This document shows positions 9,493 to 20,685 of a DNA stretch of 42,317 bases, piece after piece. Every line of letters starts with the position of its first letter. Position 1 is the first letter of the stretch. The position numbers were made by a program, and so were the translations under genes. This DNA is from Microcystaceae cyanobacterium (lineage in GTDB: Bacteria > Cyanobacteriota > Cyanobacteriia > Cyanobacteriales > Microcystaceae): positions 1-42,317 of the forward strand of contig JBGTGT010000094.1 in assembly GCA_041746575.1 (NCBI GenBank), in the 5' to 3' direction. Below the pieces are notes generated by a model, which saw nothing but the letters and a program-made list of their open reading frames with translations, did not search any database and was not told where the DNA came from.

Positions 9493-12432
9493 CTATTTAT
9501 TGGCACTTACGCGAGTTAGCGTAATATAAAATTGAGTGCCTTGTTGTCTTTCAATTATAACGGTTCCTCTCAGTTGATGACTTAAATTTTTAACCAACCG
9601 TAATCCGAGGGTTTTGACGTTATCTAGCTCGATATCTCTCGGTAGTCCTTTACCATTGTCCTTAAGAATTAAGACTAATTGCCGCTCGGCATTGATGAAT
9701 CCTTGCAAGGTGATTTCCCCCTGACAGTGAGGTTCAAACGCATATTTACAGGCATTAGAAATTAATTCATTCAAAATAAGTCCACAGGGGACGGCAGTAT
9801 CGATATCCAAAAAAATCGTTGGTTCAATCTGAGACTTAAAGTGGACTTTTCTGCCTACTATATAATAAGAACTAAGCAAATTTCTGACTAAATCGTTCAC
9901 ATAATCTTCTAAATTAATACTCGCCAAATTGTGAGATTTATACAACTTTTCGTGAATAATTGCCATAGAACGAATTCGGTTTTGACTATCCTTTAAAAGT
10001 TCTTTGATTCCTGCATCTTGGACAAGGCGGGATTGTAAGTTAAGAAGGCTATAAATAATTTGTAAATTATTTTTAACCCGATGGTGAATTTCTTTGAGTA
10101 AGACTTCTTTTTCTTGCAACGAAGCCGCTATTAAATCTTCGGCTTGTTTGCGATCGCTGATATCGACTAAGTAGCCCAAAATCTCTTTTTCTTTGCCACT
10201 TTCATCACGCATTAAGCGAATTTGTTCCAATACCCAGCAGTACGTCCCATCCGCTTTCAAAAAGCGGAATTCTTGTGTTAAAAGTTCTTGTTCCCAAAGT
10301 TGAGGAATTTGGGCTAAAATGCGTTTCAAATCCTTAGAATGAACCCGATCTATCCAAAATCGAGAATCCTCCAGAAAAGCCTTGGCAGGATAGCCTAGCA
10401 CATTCATCACGTTATCACTGATGTAGGTTGCGCCGAAATCGCCATCGGGTTTTGAGCTAAAAATGACCACTGGAGAGGAGGTAATGAGATATTGCAGTTT
10501 TTCCTCGCTTTTTCGCAGTTCATCTTCTATTTTCTTACTATCATCAATATCTTCCTGTACGGCCACCAATACCGTACCATAATCAGGATGATTAAAAGAG
10601 GAGGTAGTGGCACGGCACCAAAAAGCTGTACCGTCTTTTTTGACATTATAAACTTCGTAGCTATATTCGCCTTTATTCAGAACATTGCTTCTGATTTCTT
10701 GGTTAACGTCTTCTGCACTTTTCTTTTCATCAGAATAATTCACAATGGAAACGTGTTTTCCCGTTAATTCCCCTGCCTCATAACCGAACATTTGCTCAAA
10801 TTTCGGATTGGCATAAACAAGCTCTCCCGTTTTCATACTCACGAGACAGATGCCTTCTGCCATATTTTTAACAATGATATCCTGTAATTCAAGTTGTTTT
10901 TGTTCTTTTTTGCGGACTGTAATATCTTCAGCGATGCCCGCAATGCGATAAACTTGGCCATTTTCATCAAAAACAGGAAAACTGCGAGACCAAATCCACC
11001 GAATTTCGCCGTCAGGACGGACGATTCGATATTCTTCATCAAAATTCGCTCCCTTAATTTTATATTCAAAAGCCATTTTGATTTTTTCTCTGTCTTCAGG
11101 GTGAACCCTTTCTATCCAAGCAAGGGGATTTTGATAAACTTGTTCACAGGGAATTCCCCAAATTTTCTCGAAGGCTTCATTGAGATACAGCACTTGAAAC
11201 GTTTTAGTATCAATAATATATAAAACATCCCGTACATTATCAATAAGTTGGCGAAATTTTAGTTTGCTTTCCGACAAATTTTCTTCAATTCTCTTTATTT
11301 CTGTAATATTTCTAAGACTGACAACGACACACACAATATTTTGGGCGACTTCGCTGTTTTGTTCATCATCACCATAAGGAGAATAGGTGGCACTGATGAA
11401 TTGTCTGCCCCCATTGGGTAAGTCAAACCAATTTTGAAGTTGTACCGTTTCCCCTGCCAAACTGCGGTCTAAATAAGGTTTTATTTTGGTTATAAATACG
11501 TCTTCTCCAAACAAATCAGCAACCGAATGCCCAATTACTTCCTCTAGCGTTTTCAGGTGCCAGTTTAAATAGGATTGATTCACCAGTTGATAGGTGTATT
11601 GATTATCTATCAAAATAATCGCATCACTGGTAGCAGAAACAATGCGTTCATAACGACGTAAGGTATCTTCCGCTTGTGTTCGTTCAGTGATATCTCTTAG
11701 AAATACGGTAAAAAGGGTTTCTTCAGGTAGTTCTAGTTTAGAAATAGAAGCTTCTGCTTGAAAATCTGTATTATTTTGTCGTAGTCCCCAAATTTTTTGC
11801 CGATTCTCCATTTTTTTACTATAGAAATATTGCTGATAAAGGGAGCGAAAACGAACAGGTAACAAAGTATCTAAGGATTTGCCAAGAACTTCTGTGGTTT
11901 TCCAGCCAAAAATCCGTTCTGCGCCTTGATTAAACAGCGTTATTTGTTGATGTTCATTAAAAGAAATAATGGCATCATCTGCCATCTCTAATATTCCCCT
12001 TAAACGCACTTGAGATGTGCGTAATTCTGTTTCTATTTGATGACGGCGTTGAATTTCTTGTTCTAGGGTTTTAATGCTAGGTAAAGCTAATACTTGAGGG
12101 ATTATTGGGATGAGGGCAAGGGCGGTATAAAGAGAGATGGCAGCCGTTATTATTTTGATAAGGCCTGAAAGCCAGTAATCAGGATGCCATAGTGTCCAAA
12201 TTGCCATTAAATGGGTTGTGCCACAGGAAAGAATAAAGGCACTAAAAAGAATAAGTATCCACGAATAGGGAAAATTGGGTCGTTTTTGAACAAAATAGAG
12301 AAGAATAATGGGAATTGAAAAGTAAGCAAGGGCAATCAGTCCATCTGACCCCACATGAAGCCCGATTAAGCGGGATTGCCATAAATAACAATGACCGTGG
12401 GGAATATAAGCAATAGTTGAAGAGGTGAGCAT
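9493..12432 (-). CDS. Sensor histidine kinase: ETR1-like ethylene-binding transmembrane domain, five PAS domains, HisKA_2/HATPase
   Basis: N-terminal [13 protein letters not shown]...[13 protein letters not shown]...K..TAAIS; five PAS-like repeats; [32 protein letters not shown]. Confidence 0.9.
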   Translation of the reverse strand: MLTSSTIAYIPHGHCYLWQSRLIGLHVGSDGLIALAYFSIPIILLYFVQKRPNFPYSWILILFSAFILSCGTTHLMAIWTLWHPDYWLSGLIKIITAAISLYTALALIPIIPQVLALPSIKTLEQEIQRRHQIETELRTSQVRLRGILEMADDAIISFNEHQQITLFNQGAERIFGWKTTEVLGKSLDTLLPVRFRSLYQQYFYSKKMENRQKIWGLRQNNTDFQAEASISKLELPEETLFTVFLRDITERTQAEDTLRRYERIVSATSDAIILIDNQYTYQLVNQSYLNWHLKTLEEVIGHSVADLFGEDVFITKIKPYLDRSLAGETVQLQNWFDLPNGGRQFISATYSPYGDDEQNSEVAQNIVCVVVSLRNITEIKRIEENLSESKLKFRQLIDNVRDVLYIIDTKTFQVLYLNEAFEKIWGIPCEQVYQNPLAWIERVHPEDREKIKMAFEYKIKGANFDEEYRIVRPDGEIRWIWSRSFPVFDENGQVYRIAGIAEDITVRKKEQKQLELQDIIVKNMAEGICLVSMKTGELVYANPKFEQMFGYEAGELTGKHVSIVNYSDEKKSAEDVNQEIRSNVLNKGEYSYEVYNVKKDGTAFWCRATTSSFNHPDYGTVLVAVQEDIDDSKKIEDELRKSEEKLQYLITSSPVVIFSSKPDGDFGATYISDNVMNVLGYPAKAFLEDSRFWIDRVHSKDLKRILAQIPQLWEQELLTQEFRFLKADGTYCWVLEQIRLMRDESGKEKEILGYLVDISDRKQAEDLIAASLQEKEVLLKEIHHRVKNNLQIIYSLLNLQSRLVQDAGIKELLKDSQNRIRSMAIIHEKLYKSHNLASINLEDYVNDLVRNLLSSYYIVGRKVHFKSQIEPTIFLDIDTAVPCGLILNELISNACKYAFEPHCQGEITLQGFINAERQLVLILKDNGKGLPRDIELDNVKTLGLRLVKNLSHQLRGTVIIERQQGTQFYITLTRVSANK

Positions 12433-12522
12433 TTTTTTTAAGCAAGATTTCGAATCATAACTCTATGATATTAATAGAGAACCCTGTAGGGAAATTAATG
12501 GGGAATTTTTTATTTTTTTAAG

Positions 12523-12978
12523 TTAATAAGCCGAAAAGACAAATAGAGAGATGGAAATTCCTAAACTGAGACCTACTATTACCTGAAAAGGCGTGTGTCC
12601 TAATAATTCTTTCAGTTTTTCTTGGCTAATTTGATGATCTTCTTGTAGTAACTCTTCGACCAATTGATTGAGAATACGGGCTTGTTTTCCGGCCGCCTGA
12701 CGAACCCCTGCGGCATCATACATCACAATGACAGCAAATAGACAAGCGATCGCAAATTCAGGGGATGACCATCCCTGAGTTAACCCAACACCCGTGGCTA
12801 ACGCCCCAACGAGGGCAGAATGGGCACTCGGCATTCCCCCCGTCGTTACGAGATAGCGTAAATCGACTTTCCGATTGCGAATTAATTCCACAATCACCTT
12901 GAATCCCTGTGCCGTAAGACAGGCAAATATCGAAATTAACAGGACATTATTCTGTAAAACCGTGGCAAAATCTTGCAT
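12523..12978 (-). CDS. Divergent PAP2 / DUF212 (YuiD-like) membrane protein
   Basis: TGGMPSAHSA, VMYDAAGVRQAAG, KELLGHTP; directly downstream of crtE. Confidence 0.9.
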   Translation of the reverse strand: MQDFATVLQNNVLLISIFACLTAQGFKVIVELIRNRKVDLRYLVTTGGMPSAHSALVGALATGVGLTQGWSSPEFAIACLFAVIVMYDAAGVRQAAGKQARILNQLVEELLQEDHQISQEKLKELLGHTPFQVIVGLSLGISISLFVFSAY

Positions 12979-12989
12979 TTCCCTCGTCT

Positions 12990-13919
12990 TTAATGGGTGC
13001 GATTAACAATATAGTCAGCGATCGCCCTTAAGGGATCAGCTTTCTCATCATAAACCGTTAGTTGCTTAATGGCGGCATCAATCAAAGATTGTGCCTGTTG
13101 ACGAGAAGCCTCAATACCCCACAAACGAGGATAGGTCACTTTTTGGGCGGCGACATCTTTGCCAATACTCTTGCCCAATTCTGCTTGGGTGGAGGTAATA
13201 TCCAAAATATCATCGACAATTTGAAAAGCTAAGCCAATATTTTGGGCATATTTGCTTAAGCGTTGAATATTTTGTTCATTTGCCCCCGTTAAAATTGCCC
13301 CTGATACAACAGCCGTTTCGAGTAATGCCCCCGTTTTATGGGTGTGAATAAAAGTTAAGGTTTCGGCGGTGACATCGGATTTTCCTTCCGATTCTAAATC
13401 GAGTACTTGCCCTCCTACGAGTCCTTCTGCTCCTACGGTGCGGCCTAAACGGGCTACGACTTGAACTAATCGTTCGGCAGGAACGTGACGGGTTCGGGTA
13501 GCAACAAACTCAAAGGCGTAGGATAATAAGCCATCTCCCGCCAAAATTGCAATATCTTCACCATAAACCTTGTGATTGGTCAGTTTTCCTCGCCTATAAT
13601 CATCATTGTCCATGGCTGGCAGATCATCATGAATGAGGGACATGGTATGAATCATTTCTAGCGCACAGGCAGTCGGCATGGACATTTCAGACGTTCCGCC
13701 CATTAATTCACAGGAAGAAAGACAAAGAATCGGTCTGAGGCGTTTTCCACCTGCTAAGAGCGAATAGCGCATTGCTTCATAGATTTTCTCTGGTTTGGTT
13801 ACCACCAAAGCGGCATCTAACGCTTGTTCAACTTCTTGCTTTTTCTGAATCAAGTAAGTTTTTAAGTCGAATTCTTGATTAATCTTACGTTTAATTGCGG
13901 TTTCACCAAAGGTCGCCAT
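12990..13919 (-). CDS. crtE: Geranylgeranyl diphosphate synthase
   Basis: GGKRLRP, first Asp-rich motif [15 protein letters not shown], second motif FQIVDDILD. Confidence 0.95.
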   Translation of the reverse strand: MATFGETAIKRKINQEFDLKTYLIQKKQEVEQALDAALVVTKPEKIYEAMRYSLLAGGKRLRPILCLSSCELMGGTSEMSMPTACALEMIHTMSLIHDDLPAMDNDDYRRGKLTNHKVYGEDIAILAGDGLLSYAFEFVATRTRHVPAERLVQVVARLGRTVGAEGLVGGQVLDLESEGKSDVTAETLTFIHTHKTGALLETAVVSGAILTGANEQNIQRLSKYAQNIGLAFQIVDDILDITSTQAELGKSIGKDVAAQKVTYPRLWGIEASRQQAQSLIDAAIKQLTVYDEKADPLRAIADYIVNRTH

Positions 13920-14004
13920 ATTTTAACCCGTTTTACCTACCGACTATCCTTTCCTATTTTACAGGGAACGGGCAACAACGGGACTTTTAAAGTGAAGAGA
14001 AAAT

Positions 14005-14901
14005 TTAGGGAAATTCCTTGAGGAGAGGCAAGAAGAGGGTGACAAAATAATAGACCAAAGGAGCCGTAAAAACATAACTATCAGTGCGATCCAGAATGCC
14101 ACCGTGTCCGGGAATGAGTTGGCCAGAATCTTTGACCCCTGCGTCCCGTTTCATCATGGATTCGGTTAAATCTCCCAAAAGACTAACAATTCCAATTAAA
14201 ACCCCTAAGAGTAATCCGGCAACTTGCCAGTACGGCCAATCTAGATACCATGCTCCCCATTCTGCCACCAAAATGCTGCCTAAAATGCCAAATAAGGCTC
14301 CTTCTACCGTTTTTTTCGGACTGATTGAAGATAATACTGTTTTACCTAGCCATTTGCCCATAATATAGGCCCCAATATCTGCCGCCCAAATACAGCCAAA
14401 GGCCAAAAAGGTGACGGTTAAAGCTGAAGGAAATAACTTCGGTTCTAGCCATGTTTCTGGCCAATATCCCATTAGGGGTAAATTATTAGTGGCTACATCT
14501 ACCGAAGGAATGAGATCGGCAAACCCTACCCGCAGACGCACCCAATAACTCGGCAAATAACCCAGATAAAATAACCCTAAAATCGAACTGGAAATATCGG
14601 CAATAGTGGCTAATTTAGGCTGAAATAGCAAATAAAAGCAAATTAACGCCCCCGTTAAGGGAAAAATAGCATCGGCTAACGAGGGAGCAAGAGCAGAAGT
14701 TACAAGGAGTAATTGAGAAACGACAAGGGTGGTTTTGGACGCAGGAGCGATTCCTTTAGAGAGAACTAATTGAAAATATTCTAATTGAGCCAAAAACACT
14801 AAAACGCAGATTCCAATGGTAAAATACCATCCCCCAACAATCATTAATCCAAGAGCTAGGGCGATCGCAACAATAGCACTAATAATACGAGTCCAAGGCA
14901 T
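14005..14901 (-). CDS. cdsA: Phosphatidate cytidylyltransferase
   Basis: ISPKKTVEG and GDLTESMMKRDAGVKDSGQLIPGHGGILDRTDS signature; hydrophobic. ATG (MPWTRII) preferred. Confidence 0.95.
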   Translation of the reverse strand: MPWTRIISAIVAIALALGLMIVGGWYFTIGICVLVFLAQLEYFQLVLSKGIAPASKTTLVVSQLLLVTSALAPSLADAIFPLTGALICFYLLFQPKLATIADISSSILGLFYLGYLPSYWVRLRVGFADLIPSVDVATNNLPLMGYWPETWLEPKLFPSALTVTFLAFGCIWAADIGAYIMGKWLGKTVLSSISPKKTVEGALFGILGSILVAEWGAWYLDWPYWQVAGLLLGVLIGIVSLLGDLTESMMKRDAGVKDSGQLIPGHGGILDRTDSYVFTAPLVYYFVTLFLPLLKEFP

Positions 14902-15138
14902 AGGTTTTGACAATAAAACGGGGGAGAATGAAAAAAACAGAGGGACTGTTCCCTTAATTTAAGATTAACAAATCTTTTAAACTCTATTTTATTTCTTTCA
15001 GCTTTTTTTCAAATCAAATAATGACTGAGTTCGTCCCTGTGAAGCAGATTGCGGTTTGAAGGGATAAAATTTGATTAATAGCGATTTCTATGATTTTTTG
15101 GCTTTCTTTAGGCAATGAAGTGAGTTGATTGTCTAATA

Positions 15139-15705
15139 TTAAATTCTCAACCCATCAAAAATTTCTTGAACCGTTAACTGCCAATCTTCAAAAATATCTA
15201 AAACGGGTAAAATGGTTGATCCTGAAACAATTTCAGGTAATTGATGGGGTTGAAAAATAATCACCGACTCATCTTCTGGATCTAATAACCAGCCTAATTC
15301 TGCACCTTGTTTAAGACAAAATAAAATCTTATCTATCACTCGATTGGCTGATTGCTCAGGTGACAAAATTTCAATAATCCAATCAGGATGAATATTAAAC
15401 TGATTAGCGATTTTTCCGGCTGGAGTTTTCGGAATTCTTGACCACCGAAATAGGGCTAAATCTGGCACAATTGAACGCCCACCAAATGTACAACGTAACT
15501 CAGGAAAAGCATAGGCAATTTTAGGAGGGATTGCTAGATAATTAATCGCTGTCCCCAGTTGAATTTGTAAAATACTATGTTCTCCTTGAGGCATCGGTTT
15601 TTGATAAATTTCTCCGTTAACGTATTCGTTGGCCGGTTTTGTTGCTGGCATTTTTAAAAATGCTTCAAGGGTTAATGAGGATTCAATCTTTTTAGCAATA
15701 ATCAT
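15139..15705 (-). CDS. Uma2 (DUF820) family PD-(D/E)xK endonuclease
   Basis: EYVNGEIYQKPMP..EHS, PELRCTFGGRSIVPD, PDWIIEILSP, GWLLDP. Confidence 0.9.
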   Translation of the reverse strand: MIIAKKIESSLTLEAFLKMPATKPANEYVNGEIYQKPMPQGEHSILQIQLGTAINYLAIPPKIAYAFPELRCTFGGRSIVPDLALFRWSRIPKTPAGKIANQFNIHPDWIIEILSPEQSANRVIDKILFCLKQGAELGWLLDPEDESVIIFQPHQLPEIVSGSTILPVLDIFEDWQLTVQEIFDGLRI

Positions 15706-15750
15706 TGTTGTTACTCCTTAATTGCCATTAATAATGAGAAATAGAAGAAA

Positions 15751-16341
15751 TTAAAGCTTTTCACCACTTAAGATAAAAACCGGATCAACGGCGGCAAAGG
15801 TTTGTTGAATGCCTCTGGTTTCTAGACGGTTTACCCCTGCTTGTACGACTTCAAGATTACGAGCTTGTAATTCGGCAAATCCTTCAGAAACTTGATAAAG
15901 GGTTTCTAGGGTGCCTGCTGTGGCGATAATTCGACCATCAGGTTTTAAATAAGACCATGCGGCTTTAAGAATCTCTTTAATGCCTTTTCCTCCTTCAATA
16001 CAAATTCTATCGGGTAAAGGTTGTAAATTTTCTAGACAATCAGGCGCACTCCCTTCAACAATTTGTACATTTTTCACGCCAAAGCGATCGCAATTTCGAC
16101 GAATCAAACGCGCCACTTCTTCATCTCTTTCAACAGCGATAATTTGTGTTTTTGGGCATAATAACCCCACTTCAACGGGAATAGTGCCTGTTCCTGCCCC
16201 AATATCCCACAAAACTGAACTCTCTTGTAATTTTAAAGCAGAAAAGAGCAAAATTCGCACTTCCCGTTTACTCATTGGAATACCGGGTAAGCAGTCAAAG
16301 AGAGAATCAGCAATACCGGGAGTCACATAAGGCCAAAGCAT
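15751..16341 (-). CDS. cbiT: Precorrin-6B C15-methyltransferase (decarboxylating)
   Basis: PMSKREVR, WDIGAGTGTI SAM motif, PDRICIEGG. Confidence 0.92.
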   Translation of the reverse strand: MLWPYVTPGIADSLFDCLPGIPMSKREVRILLFSALKLQESSVLWDIGAGTGTIPVEVGLLCPKTQIIAVERDEEVARLIRRNCDRFGVKNVQIVEGSAPDCLENLQPLPDRICIEGGKGIKEILKAAWSYLKPDGRIIATAGTLETLYQVSEGFAELQARNLEVVQAGVNRLETRGIQQTFAAVDPVFILSGEKL

Positions 16342-16483
16342 AGATATTCGCCAACAGATGATAGTAAATAGCTTAACAAAGAAATTAAACCTTACTTAAG
16401 AAGCAGGACATCTCAGAACAATAAGGCTAGGGTTATTGAGTAAGATTATGGTGCAAATTATCCCCTATAGACACAATATCGGC

Positions 16484-17170
16484 ATGACTTTCTTTATTCC
16501 TTATTTTGCATTACACATTCCCGATGGGTTTTTAAATTTTCCCGTGAGTTTAACGACGTGGATTGTCTCGTTTATTTTAATTGCGATCGCCTTACAACGA
16601 GTCCAAACGGAATATCAAGAACGAATCATTCCCTTAATGGGCGTCTGTGCGGCCTTTATTTTTGCGGCACAAATGATTAATTTTCCGATTCCGGGGGGAA
16701 CATCTGGGCATTTACTCGGTGGAACACTCGCTGGCGTGTTATTAGGACCTTGGGCAGGATCTTTGGTCATGACAGTGGTGTTTATTGTACAGAGTCTTCT
16801 TTTTCAAGATGGTGGTTTAACGGTTTTAGGCGCAAATATTTTTAATATGGGCTTAATTGGAACATTCGGCGGCTATTATCTCTATAAAGCAATTCGTCAC
16901 GCTTTTGGGTTTAATCGTTGGCGAGGAATGGCCATGGGAGTAGCGATCGCCGCTTGGTCGAGTGTAGTGATTGCCGCCTTCGTTTGTGCGATACAATTAG
17001 CCCTATCTGGGACTGTTCCTTTACAGGTTGCCTTAATTGCAATGTTATCGTGGCATTTCATTATTGGCATCGGTGAAGCATTAATTACGCTTTCCGCCGT
17101 GAGTTATATCTGGCGCAGTCGTCCTGATTTGTTGTTTGATCCTCCCCTGTCTCAGCTGTCACGTATCTAG
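16484..17170 (+). CDS. cbiM: Co/Ni ECF transporter substrate-binding component CbiM/NikM
   Basis: HIPDGFL, GTSGHLLG, QSLLFQDGGLTVLGAN, HFIIGIGEA. Start uncertain (16436, 16448 or 16484). Confidence 0.9.
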   Translation: MTFFIPYFALHIPDGFLNFPVSLTTWIVSFILIAIALQRVQTEYQERIIPLMGVCAAFIFAAQMINFPIPGGTSGHLLGGTLAGVLLGPWAGSLVMTVVFIVQSLLFQDGGLTVLGANIFNMGLIGTFGGYYLYKAIRHAFGFNRWRGMAMGVAIAAWSSVVIAAFVCAIQLALSGTVPLQVALIAMLSWHFIIGIGEALITLSAVSYIWRSRPDLLFDPPLSQLSRI

Positions 17171-17335
17171 GAGAGGGAAATCAATACAATGGGGAAGGGG
17201 GTTTACCCTTGGCTTATCCTTATAAAGAGCGAAAATTGACAACAAATGGCTTATTATATCCCTAAGCTGTAGTGCTACGATACAGCCTTTTCTGTCTATC
17301 CCTTATGAAGTTACAAAATATCAAGGAAGGTATCA

Positions 17336-17665
17336 ATGAATCGTCCAAATTTAAGCAATAAAACCTTTTTTTTAATTGGATTAACCACTTCTCTAGGTAT
17401 TGCGGCTATTGTTTCCTCTTTTGCAAGTTCAGATCCTGATGGACTGGATCGGATTGCGCAGGATTTCAAGTTTGAAAACAAGGCAGACGAAGAGCCTCTT
17501 GCTCATAGATTGCCATTTTACTCAATTTTTGAAGAATACAGCCTAAGAGGTGTACCTGAGAAACTTTCAACGCCTTTAGCAGGAATTATTGGCACGTTAA
17601 CGACCTTTGGGTTAGCGTGGGGACTGGGTAAAGTGGTTACCCGCAGAAACAATCATCATAGTTAA
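17336..17665 (+). CDS. PDGLE-domain auxiliary subunit of the Co/Ni ECF transporter
   Basis: ASSDPDGLD motif between two TM segments; lies between cbiM and cbiQ. Confidence 0.85.
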   Translation: MNRPNLSNKTFFLIGLTTSLGIAAIVSSFASSDPDGLDRIAQDFKFENKADEEPLAHRLPFYSIFEEYSLRGVPEKLSTPLAGIIGTLTTFGLAWGLGKVVTRRNNHHS

Positions 17666-17710
17666 CCCTTTTACCGGATTCCCCAATCGCCCCGTTATCC
17701 AATACCTGAC

Positions 17711-18496
17711 ATGATTTTTCACGTTAATACCTTCCAAATAGATGTAGATAGCCATTTAAGTACATTTTGGCATAAGCTTGTTCCCAAAACGAGAGTCCTT
17801 TTTGCTTTACTCTTTGTTTTTGCTACTTCCTTTACGCCCAATGGTCACTGGTGGACGTGGGGCATGTATAGCCTTGGACTGAGTATAATTATTATTATCA
17901 GTCGAGTCCGATTGGCAGTCTTAATCAAAAGAGTCGTGCTAGAAGCCTCCTTTGTTAGTGTCGTTTTACTAGGAACATTGTTTCGTGAGGGAGGGCAAAT
18001 TTTATGGCAATGGGGTTGGTTTCGCGTGACAACGGAAGGATTAACGGTCTTAGGCAGTGTGAGTTTCAAGGCAATTTTATGTCTTTTCATGTTAAATGTT
18101 CTCACCTTGACAACCTCGATTACTGATTTACTTCAAGCATTAGCGGCGTTAAAAATGCCTCCTCTGTTGATTGCGATTTTTAATTCTATGTATCGCTATC
18201 TTGGCGTCTTAATAGATGAATTTGAAACCATGAGACGGGCGGCGATGTCTCGTAATTTGATGATTAATCGTCGTTGGCAACGCATTATTATTGGTAACAT
18301 GATAGGATCGCTTTTTATTCGGACTTATGAACGAGGAGAACGGATTTATCAAGCTATGTTAGCCAGAGGTTACACGGGATTACTGCCTGTTAGTCAAGTT
18401 CCTCAAGGAAATTACACCGATCTCGCCGCCTTAATCGCACTTATTCTCTTGATTAGTCTCGGACAAGGGATATATTTCATTTTTCTTCAGTTATGA
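17711..18496 (+). CDS. cbiQ: ECF transporter T component
   Basis: MYRYL, AMSR and AMLARGY coupling motifs; multiple TM helices. Confidence 0.9.
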   Translation: MIFHVNTFQIDVDSHLSTFWHKLVPKTRVLFALLFVFATSFTPNGHWWTWGMYSLGLSIIIIISRVRLAVLIKRVVLEASFVSVVLLGTLFREGGQILWQWGWFRVTTEGLTVLGSVSFKAILCLFMLNVLTLTTSITDLLQALAALKMPPLLIAIFNSMYRYLGVLIDEFETMRRAAMSRNLMINRRWQRIIIGNMIGSLFIRTYERGERIYQAMLARGYTGLLPVSQVPQGNYTDLAALIALILLISLGQGIYFIFLQL

Positions 18497-18505
18497 CGCT
18501 TCTCT

Positions 18506-19321
18506 ATGCACCACAATCCGATTTTAATTCAGAATCTCAGTTTTATCTATCCTGATCAAACTCAAGCTTTAAGAGGTATTAACCTATCAATTCGAGCAAC
18601 AGAAAGCGTCGCTCTAGTGGGAGCAAACGGTTCAGGAAAATCCACATTATTGCTTCATTTTAATGGATTGTTGTTGCCCCAAAAGGGTCAGATTTGGGTG
18701 GGAGAATCCGAAATTACCCCCCAAAACTTAAAAACCATCCGCAATGACGTGGGTTTAGTCTTCCAAAATCCTGATGACCAGATTTTTATGCCTACCGTTT
18801 GGGAAGACGTTAAATTTGGACCGATGAATCAAGGAATTGCTGAAGATATCTTAAATTATCGTTGTTATCATGCTTTACAAGCAGTGGGGCTTGATTCCGC
18901 TATCTATGGTCATCGTAACGCCTATAACTTATCAGGAGGAGAAAAAAAACGGGTGGCTATTGCCGGCGTTTTAGCGATGCAACCTCAAATTTTAGTGTTA
19001 GATGAACCGTCCGCGCAACTCGATCCCCGCAGTCGTCGTCAACTGATTAATCTTTTAAAAGGGCTTTCTTTGACGCAATTAATTGCCACCCATGATCTAG
19101 ATTTGGCCTTAGAATTATGCGATCGCACCGTCGTTTTAAGTCAAGGTCAAATTGTACAAGACGGTTTAACCGAACAAATTTTGAGCGATCGTTCATCTTT
19201 AGAACAATACCATTTAGAATCGCCGTTAAGTTATCGTCGTCCCTATTGTTTAATGGAAGATTCTCCCTTTTTAGAAGAGAGGAGAAAGCATCAGTCTGTT
19301 CAAAATCCGGTCATCGAATAA
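18506..19321 (+). CDS. cbiO: ECF transporter ATPase
   Basis: GANGSGKS, FQNPDDQ, LSGGEKKR, LVLDEP, THD. Confidence 0.9.
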   Translation: MHHNPILIQNLSFIYPDQTQALRGINLSIRATESVALVGANGSGKSTLLLHFNGLLLPQKGQIWVGESEITPQNLKTIRNDVGLVFQNPDDQIFMPTVWEDVKFGPMNQGIAEDILNYRCYHALQAVGLDSAIYGHRNAYNLSGGEKKRVAIAGVLAMQPQILVLDEPSAQLDPRSRRQLINLLKGLSLTQLIATHDLDLALELCDRTVVLSQGQIVQDGLTEQILSDRSSLEQYHLESPLSYRRPYCLMEDSPFLEERRKHQSVQNPVIE

Positions 19322-19465
19322 CCTGTGGTTTACACAATATTAAAAAGGGTAAAATGATAATTAATAGTAACAAGAGTAAAGTCCCTCAAATCTTCAACCT
19401 TCGGGCTTTCTGTTTGTCATAAATCGCTGTAAAAACAATTGTCAACTTTCAAGGAATAAAGATCA

Positions 19466-19798
19466 ATGATAGTAACGACTGCCCATCATATTGATGATAA
19501 AAAAATCGTGGCTCATTATGGGATTGTTGGTGGTGAAGCAATCTTGGGAACGAATATTTTTCGGGATATTTTTGCTGGAATTAGAGATATTGTTGGAGGA
19601 CGTTCTGCCGCTTACGAAAAGTCTTTAAGAGAAGCAAAAGAAACAGCCATGCGGGAAATGATCGAACAAGCACGAGCTTTAGGGGCAAATGCGGTGATAG
19701 CTGTTGATATTGACTATGAATCTATTAACATGGGGAATGGTGGCAGTATGTTAATGGTCGCTACCAATGGCACGGCTGTGAGATATGAAGATAGATGA
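19466..19798 (+). CDS. YbjQ/UPF0145 family putative heavy-metal-binding protein
   Basis: [46 protein letters not shown]. Confidence 0.9.
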   Translation: MIVTTAHHIDDKKIVAHYGIVGGEAILGTNIFRDIFAGIRDIVGGRSAAYEKSLREAKETAMREMIEQARALGANAVIAVDIDYESINMGNGGSMLMVATNGTAVRYEDR

Positions 19799-19903
19799 TC
19801 TTATGTTTCTAAATAATAGAAAGAAAAGTCCGCAACCGACTGCCTAGCAGTTGCTATCGGGAGCATATCACAGCGTTTCCTATCCGAAAATAGTGATAAC
19901 TTC

Positions 19904-20437
19904 TTAGTTTAAGAATACTTGACCATCGGGTTGAATACGGATACTTCCTTGAACACTATCAAAGGACGGATCTTCTTCTAAAATAACATTTAAGCGATCA
20001 GTATCAGAACTCATGGGGATGACCTTGAGCAGTCCTTGATCTTCTCGAACCAAAGTGACAGTAGCCGGTAAAGGAATATCCTTCAGCATAACCTCTTGAT
20101 TTTTTTCAATTTGTTCTTGTCCGGTGTGTCCAATGACTTGATAGGTAATTGGAACATTCGTTTGATTTTTTAGTTGAATATCGACTGTTTCATCACTGGG
20201 ATTGATCGTAGCACTAGCCTTAATTTGTTTCTCTGGTAAGGGGGTAGACGAAGGCGTGGGCGCAACAGGAGGAACTTGCTCCGGTTTTTCTTCGTACAGA
20301 GAATTATCTTTCGCGGGAAGATTTTCCATCTGAGCTGACGTGGCTGACGATAGAAGAATGAGTCCGACAACCAGACTGCCACCTATCCCTAAAATTCTAA
20401 TATTTTTGCGACGTAACCATTGATGTAAAAAATTCAT
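19904..20437 (-). CDS. Hypothetical exported protein
   Basis: Basic/hydrophobic signal-like N-terminus ending SATSA, Pro-rich linker, beta-rich C-terminal domain. Confidence 0.7.
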   Translation of the reverse strand: MNFLHQWLRRKNIRILGIGGSLVVGLILLSSATSAQMENLPAKDNSLYEEKPEQVPPVAPTPSSTPLPEKQIKASATINPSDETVDIQLKNQTNVPITYQVIGHTGQEQIEKNQEVMLKDIPLPATVTLVREDQGLLKVIPMSSDTDRLNVILEEDPSFDSVQGSIRIQPDGQVFLN

Positions 20438-20685
20438 AAATGCCTCAAAAATTTGATGGGTCCACGCTCCTATTCTGATTAATAAAAAAGATTTACCTCA
20501 TCTATCAAGGGAACGATTTGTTTTTTTGGTTTCAACTTTTGAAGTATTTTTTAAGATAGATATTTGGAGTTCTGCCGAATCAAATCCGGTAAGCTATTCA
20601 TTCTTTAGACTGATTTTGCATCTGTTATTCTTCTCAATTTAAGGAGAAAAATTAGCTAAAGGAGATATGTAGACCCGATTGGTTG

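Noticed and set aside
11700..12000. FixL-type heme PAS in the first PAS domain of the kinase
   Set aside because: The expected heme-ligand His position reads RSLYQQY, with no His.
16342..16483. Cobalamin or NiCo riboswitch ahead of cbiM
   Set aside because: The spacer is short and I see no B12-box or multi-stem structure.
17266..17292. NtcA site or terminator at GCTGTAGTGCTACGATACAGC
   Set aside because: Spacing is GTA-N9-TAC rather than N8; the 6-bp stem with a short T run is too weak to call.
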